The notes under the pieces: generated by a model
Told to the model about the DNA's origin: nothing
The model's input: only the letters and a program-made list of their open reading frames with translations
The model's database searches: none
Virus record (IMG/VR): IMGVR_UViG_3300036651_002280
Coordinates: 589 to 64,588 of that record
Direction: 5' to 3' (one strand)
DNA length: 64,000 nt
Origin: a virus
Taxonomy: Duplodnaviria; Caudoviricetes
Made by a program: the position numbers and the translations under genes
Shown: positions 17,542 through 27,775 of the stretch, one piece after another
Position numbering within the stretch: the first letter of the stretch is position 1
Layout: the number at the start of each line of letters is the position of its first letter

Positions 17542-20500
17542 GTGCCCATCTACAGCGCCGGTTCGGCCAGCGTCAAGATCGTCCCGGACTTCTCGGGCGC
17601 GCAGAAGGACATCGGCGAGTGGTTCGCGCGCCAGGGTGACCTGCGCGTCAAGATCAAGCCGGAGGTCGACGACCGGGCGCTGCTCGAATCCAAGGCCAAG
17701 ATCAACTCCGTCGTCGAGTCGGACAAGCCGAAGCTGGAAGTCGACGAGGAGCACCTCGCCCGCTCCATCGGCCGCGGCATCGACGAGGCGCTGCGCTCGC
17801 TGAGCACCGTCGACACGCTCAACGCCGCGGTGCAGGGCGCCATCATGCCCTCGATGATCTCCGTCCTCGTGGGCGGACTCGTCGAGCTGGGCAGCTCGCT
17901 GACGCAGGTGATCGGGGTGCTCAACCTGGTCCCGGCGCTCCTGCTGGGCCTCGCCGCCCCGATGGCCACCGTACTCGTCGGCATCAGCGGCATGACCACC
18001 GCCTTCAAGATCTTCAGTGCGCAGACTCCGGCCCAGCTGAAGGTCGCCCAGCAGGCGCTGAACAAGCTCGCGCCCGCGGCGCGCGACTTCGTGATGCAGG
18101 TCCACCAGCTCGCGCCCGCCTTCCACGCGCTGAGGATGGACGTCCAGCAGCAGCTGTTCCAGAACCTGGGCACCGCCGTCGACCGGCTCGGTCGCGTGGC
18201 GTTCCCGGTGATGCAGAAGGGGCTCGCTGGTATCGCCAGCGGGCTGAACAGCGGGCTCATCGCCACCATGCAGCGCCTGACCACGATGGGCCCGGCGTTC
18301 ACGACGATCTTCGGCAACATCGACAAGTCGGTCGCCACCGTGGCCAACGGCGCGATGCCGATGCTGACGGCCGACTTCGTCGCGCTTGCCAAGGTCGGCA
18401 GCCAGTTCCTGCCGCAGCTGGCCTCCGGCTTCGTCACCCTCTCTCAGAAGTTCGACGCCTGGCTGACCCACGCGATGAACACCGGCGCGATCGTCCGCCA
18501 GATCCAGCAGGCGTTCCAGGTCATCACCCAGGTCAGTCACCTGGTGATGAACCTCGGCGGCAGCATCAGCTCGATCTTCTCGGCGGCCCTGCCCTTCGGG
18601 AACCAGCTGCTGGCCCTGCTGAACAAGGTGACCGGCGCGCTCTCGGCGTTCCTGAAGACGAGCACGGCCCAGGATGGGCTGAAGACGTTCTTCGCCGACG
18701 TCGACAAGGTCGCCCAGACCCTGCTGCCGGTGCTGCTGCAGATGGTCCAGGTGCTCGTCGCCGACGTGCTGCCGGTCATCGGCGACCTGGCGGCGGCTAT
18801 CGCCCCTGTCATCGGCGAGCTGGGCAAGCAGCTGGCCGAGACGGTCGCCCACATCACCCAGATGCTGCCGCCGCTGGCCGAGGTCATCGCCTCGCTGATC
18901 GAGGGCATGCAGCCTCTGATCCCGGTGCTCGGGCAGATCGTCGAGACGCTGCTGCCCCCGTTCCTGGTGGTCGGCAAGCAGCTCGGGCCGGTCATCGACG
19001 GCCTGGCCCGCACCGCGGCCGGGATCTTGCTGCAGGCCGCCCAGGCGCTGGCCCCGGCCCTGTCCGACCTCGGCACAGCCTTCCTGCACATCCTCGGCGC
19101 GATCACGCCGATGATCGCCCCGCTGGGCACCATCGTGACCTCGCTGCTGCCGCCGATGCTGCTGATCATCCAGGCGCTCCTGCCGTTCATCACGACGCTC
19201 GTCGACAACTTCGCCCACCTGGGCACCACGGTGCTGATCGGCCTGCAGCCCGCGATCAAGGCCCTCGCCGAGACGCTGAGCAACGTCGTCCTGCCGGTGA
19301 TCAAGTTCCTCGGCCCGGCGCTGCCTCCGCTGGTGGAGAGCGTCATCGCCTGGCAGCTGGCCACCGGCGCGCTCGGCCTGGTCATGGAGGCGATCAAGTT
19401 CGGGCAGTGGATCGCCTTCGTCGTGCAGTACGCGATCCAGGTCGACCTGGCCGCGGCCGCCACGAAGGGCTGGGCCATCGCCCAGGCTGCCTGGGCGGTG
19501 GTGACCAACCTCGGCACCTACGCCTCGATGGCCGCCGCGCTGGCCAAGTACGTGGTCACCGTCGACCTGGTGTCGGCCGCCACGAAGGCGTGGGCCATCG
19601 CCCAGGCGGTGCTCGACGCGCTGATGAGCCCGGTCGTCCTGGTGATCTTGGCCATCACGGTCGCGGTCGCCGCGCTGGCCTTCGGCATCTACGAGCTGGT
19701 CACGCACTGGACGACGGTCTGGGCGACGATCAAGCAGGTCGCCGTCGACGTCTGGCACGCCCTGGAGGCCGCCGCCGACTTCGCCTGGAACAAGGTCATC
19801 AAGCCGGTCTTCGCCGCGCTGGAGACCGGCGCGCTGTGGCTGTACAACAACGTGCTCCACCCGGTCTTCACCGGCATCGTGGCCGCCTGGAACGCGCTGG
19901 GCGTGGCCTTCCAGTGGACCTGGGACAACGTCCTGCACCCGCTGTGGGTCGTGATCGAGGACGTGGCCAAGGTGCTGCTGGCCATCCTCGGTGTCGTCGT
20001 CTTCGGGCCGATCGCGCTGCTCTGGAAGGGCATGTCGGAGCTGATCGCCCTCACCTACCGGGACGTGATCAAGCCCTGCTGGGACGCCATGCAGAAGGCC
20101 GCGGTCTGGCTGTACCAGAACGCGCTGCTGCCCACCTGGCACGCGATCGAGACCGCCTGGAGGGCCCTGGGGACGGCGCTGCGCTGGGTCTATGACAACG
20201 TCGTCAAGCCCTGCTGGGACGCCATGCAGAAGGCCGCGGTCTGGCTGTACCAGAACGCGCTGCTGCCCACCTGGCACGCGATCGAGACCGCCTGGAGGGC
20301 GCTGGGGACGGCGCTGCGCTGGGTCTACGACAACGTCATCCAGCCCTCCTGGCACGCCCTGCAGACCGCGGCCAGCTTCATGTGGAACAGCGTGCTGAAG
20401 CCCATCTGGCACGCGATCCAGACCGGCTGGAGCGCCCTGGGCGACGGCCTGCGCTGGGTCTACGACCACACCGTCGCGCCGATCTGGGGCTTCTTCCACA

Positions 20501-21723
20501 CCGCCCTGTCCGGGCTGCAGGGCGCCTTCCGCACCGCCGTCTCGGTGATCGGGGACATCTGGCACGGCATCGAGGCGCTCGTCGCCAAGCCGGTCAACTT
20601 CGTGATCAACACGATCCTCGACGGCGGGCTGTTCAAGGCGTGGAACTGGATCGTCGACACCCTGCACCTGCCGGGCGGCTGGAAGCTGCACGTCGACCCG
20701 ATCCCCGGCTTCGCCGAGGGCGGCTTCACCGGGCCCGGCATGTTCGGCACCGGCGGCAAGCACGACCCCGCGGGCGTCGTGCACGCCAACGAGTTCGTGG
20801 TCAACCAGGAGCAGACGCGCAAGCACCTGCCGTTGCTGCAGGCCATCAACTCCGGCATGGCGGGCTACGCCGACGGCGGCCTGGTCGGCTGGCTGGGCAA
20901 GACGTGGAACAGCGTCACCGACGTCTTCGGCTCGCTGTCCAGCTCGATCACCGGGCCGATCGGCCAGCTGTTCGGCCAGTTCGGCAACGGCGACTGGGAG
21001 CAGATGCTGGCCAAGATCCCGCAGACGCTGCTGTCGGACATGTGGTCGGTCGTCAAGAACCAGGTCGGCGGTGCGCTCAGCACGGCCATCAGCGCGGTCA
21101 CCAACTTCGTCACCGGCGGCGGCAACGCCGGGGGCGGCACTCCGGCCAGTCGCGCCAGCAACGTCGCCGCGGTCCGCAGTGCGGCCGCGGGCTACGGCTG
21201 GAGTCAGGGCCAGGAGTGGAACGACCTGGTCGCCGTGATCATGCGGGAGTCGGGCTTCAACAACGTGGCCCAGAACCCGACGAGCACTGCCTTCGGGATG
21301 TTCCAGTTCCTGGACAGCACCTGGGCCTCCTACGGGGCGAAGACCGCGAACCCGGCGCTGCAGGCCAAGTACGGCATGGAGTACATCGCCGGGCGCTACC
21401 ACGACCCGATCGGCGCCTGGAACCACGAGCAGCTGTACGGCTGGTACGACCAGGGCGGCTACCTCCCGCCCGGCTTCTCGACCGTCTACAACGGCACCGG
21501 CCGCCCCGAGCCCGTCCTCACCGCCGCCCAGAACGACGCCCTCATGCGCCTGGCGGGCTTCGGTCCCACCGGATCTCGCAGCGGGGGAGGCAACGTGCCG
21601 TTGATCGGGTCGCTGTCCATCAGCCAGACCGGCGACCCGCGGGCGGTCATGGACGAGCTGTGGTACGACCTGCGCGTCGCCAGCCGCGGCGGGGTCTACT
21701 CGCTGACTGGGGCGACCCCGTGA
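17542..21723 (+). CDS. Tape measure protein with C-terminal lytic transglycosylase
   Basis: 1393 aa helical, Trp periodicity; FAEGG..PAGVVHANEFV; IMRESG..AQNPTSTAFGMFQFL..TW SLT domain. Confidence 0.92.
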   Translation: MPIYSAGSASVKIVPDFSGAQKDIGEWFARQGDLRVKIKPEVDDRALLESKAKINSVVESDKPKLEVDEEHLARSIGRGIDEALRSLSTVDTLNAAVQGAIMPSMISVLVGGLVELGSSLTQVIGVLNLVPALLLGLAAPMATVLVGISGMTTAFKIFSAQTPAQLKVAQQALNKLAPAARDFVMQVHQLAPAFHALRMDVQQQLFQNLGTAVDRLGRVAFPVMQKGLAGIASGLNSGLIATMQRLTTMGPAFTTIFGNIDKSVATVANGAMPMLTADFVALAKVGSQFLPQLASGFVTLSQKFDAWLTHAMNTGAIVRQIQQAFQVITQVSHLVMNLGGSISSIFSAALPFGNQLLALLNKVTGALSAFLKTSTAQDGLKTFFADVDKVAQTLLPVLLQMVQVLVADVLPVIGDLAAAIAPVIGELGKQLAETVAHITQMLPPLAEVIASLIEGMQPLIPVLGQIVETLLPPFLVVGKQLGPVIDGLARTAAGILLQAAQALAPALSDLGTAFLHILGAITPMIAPLGTIVTSLLPPMLLIIQALLPFITTLVDNFAHLGTTVLIGLQPAIKALAETLSNVVLPVIKFLGPALPPLVESVIAWQLATGALGLVMEAIKFGQWIAFVVQYAIQVDLAAAATKGWAIAQAAWAVVTNLGTYASMAAALAKYVVTVDLVSAATKAWAIAQAVLDALMSPVVLVILAITVAVAALAFGIYELVTHWTTVWATIKQVAVDVWHALEAAADFAWNKVIKPVFAALETGALWLYNNVLHPVFTGIVAAWNALGVAFQWTWDNVLHPLWVVIEDVAKVLLAILGVVVFGPIALLWKGMSELIALTYRDVIKPCWDAMQKAAVWLYQNALLPTWHAIETAWRALGTALRWVYDNVVKPCWDAMQKAAVWLYQNALLPTWHAIETAWRALGTALRWVYDNVIQPSWHALQTAASFMWNSVLKPIWHAIQTGWSALGDGLRWVYDHTVAPIWGFFHTALSGLQGAFRTAVSVIGDIWHGIEALVAKPVNFVINTILDGGLFKAWNWIVDTLHLPGGWKLHVDPIPGFAEGGFTGPGMFGTGGKHDPAGVVHANEFVVNQEQTRKHLPLLQAINSGMAGYADGGLVGWLGKTWNSVTDVFGSLSSSITGPIGQLFGQFGNGDWEQMLAKIPQTLLSDMWSVVKNQVGGALSTAISAVTNFVTGGGNAGGGTPASRASNVAAVRSAAAGYGWSQGQEWNDLVAVIMRESGFNNVAQNPTSTAFGMFQFLDSTWASYGAKTANPALQAKYGMEYIAGRYHDPIGAWNHEQLYGWYDQGGYLPPGFSTVYNGTGRPEPVLTAAQNDALMRLAGFGPTGSRSGGGNVPLIGSLSISQTGDPRAVMDELWYDLRVASRGGVYSLTGATP
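20071..20340 (+). repeat. Near-perfect 135 bp tandem duplication (45 aa) in tape measure
   Basis: Copies start at 20071 and 20206. Confidence 0.9.
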
Positions 21724-22625
21724 GCGGCGTGCTGATCTCGGACTACCAGTTCTGCGCCGACGTCGACCCCCAGGTCCCCTTCGGCTTCGGCACGCCGCTG
21801 AACGTCACCGCCTTCAATCCGGGCACCGGCGCGATCCGGCACCAGGACCAGCCCGGCGGCATGGACGACTCGATCGTCTTCGGCCGGGACCTGCGCACCC
21901 CGCCGACCTGGCAGTGGTCGATGTTCACCGATCTGGACACCATCGACGTGGCCGGGGCGCTCGCCCAGGTCGACACGCTCGCCCAGGTCTGGGACAACGA
22001 CGTCCGGCTGACGCCCGGCGGCACGGTGGCCATGCGCTACACCGTCGCCGGGCGCACCCGGAAGGTCTATGGGCGGCCGCGGCGCTGGACCCCGGTGCCC
22101 GACCAGATTCAGCGCGGCAAGATCCACATCACCTGCGACTTCCAGCTCGCCGAGTACGAGACGTACTACGACGACGAGGAGGAGTCGATCCCGTCGATCC
22201 CGATCGCGCCGACGGTGGTCACCGGCACCTACTTCACCTTTCCCTTGCAGTTCCCGCTGGTCATGGCCAGCTCGCCGACGGTCTACACCGAGCAGGCCGT
22301 GCTCACCGGCAGCCAGCGGACGTGGGTCACCCCGCGGTTCCACGGCCCGGTGCAGAACCCCTGGGTGCAGATCGGCGACCAGCGCTACGGCCTGCAGGGC
22401 TCGATCCCCAGCGGGCAGACGGTGCGGATCTCCGGGCGCCCCTGGGAGATCGGCATCTTCAACGAGACCACCGGCGTCTGGGGCGGACTGAACCTCGACC
22501 CCCGCTCGCGCCTGACGCAGCTGCGGCTGCTGCCCGGCACCTACCCGATCACCTACGGCGGCTACGACCCCACGGGCACCTCGACGTGCTCGGTGGCCTG
22601 GAACCGCGCCTACCGCGCGCTGTGA
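21720..22625 (+). CDS. Distal tail (Dit-like) protein
   Basis: GTGA overlap with TMP; FGRD, VYGRPRR, GPV.NP. Confidence 0.75.
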   Translation: MSGVLISDYQFCADVDPQVPFGFGTPLNVTAFNPGTGAIRHQDQPGGMDDSIVFGRDLRTPPTWQWSMFTDLDTIDVAGALAQVDTLAQVWDNDVRLTPGGTVAMRYTVAGRTRKVYGRPRRWTPVPDQIQRGKIHITCDFQLAEYETYYDDEEESIPSIPIAPTVVTGTYFTFPLQFPLVMASSPTVYTEQAVLTGSQRTWVTPRFHGPVQNPWVQIGDQRYGLQGSIPSGQTVRISGRPWEIGIFNETTGVWGGLNLDPRSRLTQLRLLPGTYPITYGGYDPTGTSTCSVAWNRAYRAL

Positions 22626-22635
22626 GGAGCTGACA

Positions 22636-23604
22636 GTGGCCTTCGACCTGGTCCCCTGGGCGATCGAGGGGGCGTCCACCGACGCTGCCCTGGCTCGCGT
22701 GCTGGCCAACATCGCCAGCCACAACGCCGAGGGCGTGAACCTGCCCGGCGACTTCAAGGTCTCCGCGCTGGGCACGCCCGGCCCCCAGGTGTCGGTGGCC
22801 ACCGGCGGCATGGTGGTGCGCAACGCACAGGCCCCCGGCGAGAGCTACGTCGGCATCGCCCGCTCCGACACCCTCGTCGACATCGCGCCCACCTCCGGCG
22901 CGTCGCGCTCGGACCTGCTCATCGCTCAGGTCATCGACCCCGACTTCGCCCCGTGGCAGCCCTACACCGACCCCAACCAGAAGCTCAACGGCCCGTACTT
23001 CCAGCCGGTGATCATCTCCGGGGTCGCGCCGTCGGTGACCAAGGCGTCGGACGTGGTCAGCTACGCCGCCTACGCCATCGCGCGCATCGACATCCCCAAC
23101 AGCACCACGAACATCCAGGACACGATGATCGTCGACCTGCGCAAGCTGGCCCAGCCGCAGACGTCGACCTTCAAGAAGGTCGTCCCCGGTCCGGTGTCGC
23201 AGGACAACCTGGCGATCACCGACACCAACTGGCGGAACTGGCCGACCGGCTCGATCACCGTGGACATCCCGGAGTGGGCCACCCACTGCCTGGCCTCCAT
23301 CCGGCTCAACCAGGTACAGGTCGACACCCACGGCAGCGACTTCATCGGCCGGGTGAACATCGGCGGCATCGCTGGCCAGGGCGTCAACTTCGACTTCAAC
23401 GGCGCTCCCAGCGACCCGGCGGGCGTGGTGTCCGCGCTGCCCTTCGAGATCTTCGCCGACGTCGACGTCACCTCTCTGCAGGGCCAGACGGTCACCGTCA
23501 AGCCGGAGGTCGAGCGCACCTACACCCAGAACACCGGCGGCATCTGGTTCACCAGCAAGCAGCAGGTCATCTACGACCTGGTCTTCTACCAGCAGACGGC
23601 CTGA
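22636..23604 (+). CDS. Minor tail protein
   Basis: Synteny; RSDL..A.V.DP, IARI.IP...I.DLR. Confidence 0.7.
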   Translation: MAFDLVPWAIEGASTDAALARVLANIASHNAEGVNLPGDFKVSALGTPGPQVSVATGGMVVRNAQAPGESYVGIARSDTLVDIAPTSGASRSDLLIAQVIDPDFAPWQPYTDPNQKLNGPYFQPVIISGVAPSVTKASDVVSYAAYAIARIDIPNSTTNIQDTMIVDLRKLAQPQTSTFKKVVPGPVSQDNLAITDTNWRNWPTGSITVDIPEWATHCLASIRLNQVQVDTHGSDFIGRVNIGGIAGQGVNFDFNGAPSDPAGVVSALPFEIFADVDVTSLQGQTVTVKPEVERTYTQNTGGIWFTSKQQVIYDLVFYQQTA

Positions 23605-23608
23605 CCCC

Positions 23609-24754
23609 GTGGCTGTCGTTCCTCAGACCGACTGGTCCGGGCAGTCGCACGGCTGGCGCTACCTGGCGCAGCGCGTCGACGGCCTGGGTGGCACCGGGGT
23701 CTTCCTGGACAACGAGCTGCCGCTGCAGGGCGTCACCATCTCGGACGTCCTCTCCGGGCCGCCGCAGCTGAAGGGCACCATCCAGCCCGCCTACGCCCGG
23801 CTGAAGGGCTCCGACGGCAAGCCGATCCTCACGCCGTGGAAGACCGTGATCCACGCCGAGGCCGACGGGGTCATCCGCGGCTCGTGGCTGCTGGCCAACT
23901 CACAGCAGCAGGGCCCGGCACTCTCCCTGGACGGGTCCGGCTTCACCTCCTACCTCACCGGCATGGCCTACCCACTCGACGAGTCCTTCACCTACGAGGA
24001 GGTGCTGGACGTCGTCCGGCACGCCTGGCTGGTCATCCAGGCCGAGCTGGGCAGCAACCTGGGCCTGCAGCTGGACCAGGCCACGACCACCGGCGTCACC
24101 GTCGGCGTCCCGACCACCGGCACCAGCACCACCAGCAAGGGCCCCTACCAGCTGAACTGGTACACCACCCACGACCTCGGTGCCGAGATCAACAAGCTGG
24201 CCGCGACCACCCCGTTCGACTACCACGAGCGGCACGCCTGGAACGCCGACAAGTCCGACGTCCAGCACTTCCTGGACTTCGGCTACCCCTCGCTCGGGCG
24301 CCGTCGCAGCGACCTGCGCTTCGTGCTGGGCGAGAACATCCAGACCGTCCCCAACCCGGTCGACAACGGCACCGACTACGCCAACCACGTCGTGGTGCTC
24401 GGGGCCGGGACCGGCTCGGTCACGGTCCGCGGCGAGGCCCGCGTCTACGACGGCGGCCTGCGCCGCATGCAGACGATCAACGACTCCTCGATCACCGACA
24501 GCAACGCGGCCAAGGCCGCCGCCCGGCTGGAGCTGCAGCGCCGCCTGCAGCTGGAGCAGCTGTCCACCATCGCCATCCGCAACACCCCCATGGCGCAGCT
24601 GGGCAGCTTCGGCGTCGGTGACGAGATCCGGGTGCAGGCCGAGGTGGATTGGACGGTGATCGACATGTGGGCGCGGATCACCCAGCTCGACCTCACCCCG
24701 GACAACCCCGACATCATGGTCGCCCACCTGGTCCGCTCGGACTGGGTGCTCTGA
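23609..24754 (+). CDS. Minor tail protein (baseplate hub/Tal-like)
   Basis: LSGP, GYP.LGRR..DLRF..GENI, GD.I.V. Confidence 0.75.
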   Translation: MAVVPQTDWSGQSHGWRYLAQRVDGLGGTGVFLDNELPLQGVTISDVLSGPPQLKGTIQPAYARLKGSDGKPILTPWKTVIHAEADGVIRGSWLLANSQQQGPALSLDGSGFTSYLTGMAYPLDESFTYEEVLDVVRHAWLVIQAELGSNLGLQLDQATTTGVTVGVPTTGTSTTSKGPYQLNWYTTHDLGAEINKLAATTPFDYHERHAWNADKSDVQHFLDFGYPSLGRRRSDLRFVLGENIQTVPNPVDNGTDYANHVVVLGAGTGSVTVRGEARVYDGGLRRMQTINDSSITDSNAAKAAARLELQRRLQLEQLSTIAIRNTPMAQLGSFGVGDEIRVQAEVDWTVIDMWARITQLDLTPDNPDIMVAHLVRSDWVL

Positions 24755-24755
24755 G

Positions 24756-27089
24756 GTGGCCACTGCCACCCAGCTGCTGGCCCAGCAGATCGAGGGCCTG
24801 CGGCGGCAGCTGAACGCGGTACAGCGCACGCCGCAGCTGCCGCACAGCTCGGTGGACAACGGCGCGATCACCGTCGTGTCCAACGGGCAGCCCACGGCCT
24901 ACGTCGGCGTGCAGTACGACGGCACCTCCGGCGCGGTGGTCGTCGCCGGGCCTACCCCGCCCACGCCCTCGGTGCCGACGCTCTCCCAGGTGATCGGCGG
25001 GGTGAGGGTCCAGTGGGGCGGCACCTTCGTCGACCCCCAGCCCGGCTTCAGCTCGCCGGTGGTCGCGCCGATGGACTTCGCCGGGGTCGACGTGCAGGTC
25101 TCCGCCGACGTCAACTTCGGCGACACCGGCTTCGGCCCCACCCACGGCACGATCACCTCCGCCCAGGGCGGGGAGATCTTCGTGGCTTGGCACGCCCCGA
25201 ACACCCCGCTCTACGCCCGGCTGATCACCCGGAGCAAGGCCGGGAAGTTCAGCGCTCCGTCGCTGGTCGCCGGGCCGGTCAACTCCGGCCAGGTGCAGAT
25301 CGGCGACATCGGCTTCCCGATCGCCCAGTACTCCGGCGGGAACACCGTCTACTACACCGTCTCCCCGGCCACCCCGGTCGCCCCGTCGTGGGGCTTCACC
25401 GCGGGCGACCTGTGGCTGGAGCAGATCGGGACCGCGACCGGCCTGGCGGGCGGTGCCCCGTCGGGCACCCCGCTCTACCAGACCTCGCGCTGGGGCGGCT
25501 CGACCTGGGTGCTGCTGCAGGACCAGGGCATCTCCAACAGCCTCGCCTCGGCCATCGCCGCGCAGAACACCGCCGACGGCAAGGCCACCCTGTTCACCGG
25601 CTCGGCGACGCCCAGCTACTCCGGCGCGGCCGGGACGGCGTACTGGATCTCCGGCACCGACAATGTGCCCCAGGTCTGGAACGGCACCACCTGGGTCAGC
25701 TACCAGCTGGGCAACGGAGCGATCCAGCCGAACAGCCTCATCGCCTCCAACGTCATCGCCACCGGCACCGTCACCGCGGCGCTGCTGGAGTCGACGATGG
25801 TGCTGGCCAACACGATCGTCGCGGGCGACCTCGCCGGTGACCACGCGGCGCTGGAGTCCGACGGCCTGCACATCTTCAGCACCATCACCGGCGAGGGCGT
25901 GCAGGAGGTCGCCCGGTTCGCCACCGGCTCGGGCAACTTCTTCGGCGTCGTCGACTCCACCGGCGCGCAGGTCGCCGGGATCGACGACACCGGCGCCATC
26001 TCCGGCAGCTCGGTGACCACCGACCAGCTGGTCGTGGCGGGCGAGAACTTCACCGACTGGATCGGGGGGCTCTCCGACGGCGTCGTCGGCCGGGTCAGCC
26101 TCTACAGCGCGAGCAACATCGGCCCGATCCACAACCCCTACGGGCTGGTCGAGGTCGGCTGCGCGCTGCAGGCTGGGCGCGCCTACCTGATCTCCTACCT
26201 CTACACCTTCACGGTCACGGCCGCCGGGGCTGAGGTCCGCACCCGCATCGTGGAGACCAGCGGCGTCGACGGCGACACGGTCACCGAACCCCCGACGCCA
26301 CAGGCCGCGACGGCCATCCAGGACGCCTCGTGGTACTTCACCCCGCCCTACGCGGGCACCTACTACACGAACGCCAACAGCTTCATCTACGTCCCGTCGA
26401 TCACCAGCCGGTTCCGCTTCCTGCTCACCACCGAGCGCGGCGCGGGCGCCACCGGTTCGGACACGGAGACAGTCATCAACTCGTCCGCCGTCGTGCCGAT
26501 CCAGCTGACCGTCGCCGACATCGGCCCGGCCGGGCCGGTGTCCGGTGGCTACCAGGCCGGTGGGGGCACGTACTACAGCGGCGGCGGCGGCGGCTCGCCG
26601 ACGTCGGTGACCCAGAAGTACGACACCGGCAACATCGCCCCGGCCGGGCATTGGACCTACCGCGGCAACGGCACCCTGCGCACCGACACCAGCGACGTCG
26701 TCCAGGGATGGGATCCCTCGGGCTACAACGGCGACGGCAAGGGTGGCTGGAACTTCAACATCCCGAACATCTCCGGGACGGTGAACCGGGTCGACCTGTA
26801 CCTCTACAACAACTGGTCGTACTACAACTCCGGCGGTCAGGCCCTGATCTCGCTGGTCTCGAACGCGAACACGCCCAGCCCGGCGACGCTGCAGGGTGCG
26901 TGGAACCCCGGCAGGAACTACCCGAAGCCGGGCGGCGTCACGGTCACCCTGCCGTCGAGCTGGTACAGCTCGTTCAAGGGCAAGACCTCGATCGGCCTCT
27001 ACCTCGGCCCCTCCGGTGGGTCGAACGAGACCTACTACATCCGCTCCGCCGGTCCGTCGGCCCGTCTCAGGATTTGGTACACCCAGTGA
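24756..27089 (+). CDS. Minor tail / receptor-binding protein
   Basis: 777 aa Gly/Thr/Ser-rich beta protein at end of tail module. Confidence 0.7.
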   Translation: MATATQLLAQQIEGLRRQLNAVQRTPQLPHSSVDNGAITVVSNGQPTAYVGVQYDGTSGAVVVAGPTPPTPSVPTLSQVIGGVRVQWGGTFVDPQPGFSSPVVAPMDFAGVDVQVSADVNFGDTGFGPTHGTITSAQGGEIFVAWHAPNTPLYARLITRSKAGKFSAPSLVAGPVNSGQVQIGDIGFPIAQYSGGNTVYYTVSPATPVAPSWGFTAGDLWLEQIGTATGLAGGAPSGTPLYQTSRWGGSTWVLLQDQGISNSLASAIAAQNTADGKATLFTGSATPSYSGAAGTAYWISGTDNVPQVWNGTTWVSYQLGNGAIQPNSLIASNVIATGTVTAALLESTMVLANTIVAGDLAGDHAALESDGLHIFSTITGEGVQEVARFATGSGNFFGVVDSTGAQVAGIDDTGAISGSSVTTDQLVVAGENFTDWIGGLSDGVVGRVSLYSASNIGPIHNPYGLVEVGCALQAGRAYLISYLYTFTVTAAGAEVRTRIVETSGVDGDTVTEPPTPQAATAIQDASWYFTPPYAGTYYTNANSFIYVPSITSRFRFLLTTERGAGATGSDTETVINSSAVVPIQLTVADIGPAGPVSGGYQAGGGTYYSGGGGGSPTSVTQKYDTGNIAPAGHWTYRGNGTLRTDTSDVVQGWDPSGYNGDGKGGWNFNIPNISGTVNRVDLYLYNNWSYYNSGGQALISLVSNANTPSPATLQGAWNPGRNYPKPGGVTVTLPSSWYSSFKGKTSIGLYLGPSGGSNETYYIRSAGPSARLRIWYTQ

Positions 27090-27346
27090 GCGACAAGATC
27101 CACATCTGGATGGCGATCGACCCGGAGACCCGCCGGGTGCTGGCCCAGTCGCGCGAGTTCGGCGACGGCGACTTCCCGCGGGGGCCCCGCGGCGCCGGAT
27201 GGCCCCGGCGCGAGCACGACATCGACACCACCGACTGGGCCGCCCTGCTGGCCGGTGGCATGCCAGGGGAGGAGCAGGACCGCATGCACCGGGACTGGTG
27301 GGACGCAGCTGGCCAGGAGGGGGATCCGCTGTGGCCGGAGGTCTGA
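27086..27346 (+). CDS. Hypothetical protein
   Basis: GTGA overlap. Confidence 0.55.
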   Translation: MSDKIHIWMAIDPETRRVLAQSREFGDGDFPRGPRGAGWPRREHDIDTTDWAALLAGGMPGEEQDRMHRDWWDAAGQEGDPLWPEV

Positions 27347-27705
27347 ACCTCGTCAACTCGGCGGCCGCCGACACCATGGGCCTGACCGACTCCGCCACCG
27401 CCGAGATACGGGTGACGGTGAACGGCCTGACCATGAGCGTCGACACCTTCAACCGCACGCTGGCCGCCATCCGCGGCCTGTTCCCGGAGCTGGTCGGCAA
27501 TCTCTCCGACCACGGCGCGATCCAGATGGTCATGGCCAAGTTCATGGCCGACTGGGTGGCCACCTGGGAGTCCAAGCAGGCGTCCCCGCCGCTGCAGCAG
27601 GTCATCGACACCGCGACACAGGCCGCCCTCGCGGCGCAGGCCAGCGTCTACAGGCAGGCGCTGATCGAGCTGGCCGCCGACGTACAGCGGACGGTCACCG
27701 ACTGA
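27331..27705 (+). CDS. Hypothetical protein with AADTMGLTD motif
   Basis: AGGAGG RBS. Confidence 0.55.
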   Translation: MAGGLNLVNSAAADTMGLTDSATAEIRVTVNGLTMSVDTFNRTLAAIRGLFPELVGNLSDHGAIQMVMAKFMADWVATWESKQASPPLQQVIDTATQAALAAQASVYRQALIELAADVQRTVTD

Positions 27706-27775
27706 TCGCCCCGTAGCTCACCCCACGCCCGCCGGGCGCTGGGGTCAGACCCATGCGCGCTCGAAGGGAGCGACC

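Noticed and set aside
17521-21426. Very long antisense and off-frame ORFs (here and e.g. 1869-3956, 24714-27611, 30448-32700)
   Set aside because: Shadows of real genes caused by high-GC codon bias; no motifs.
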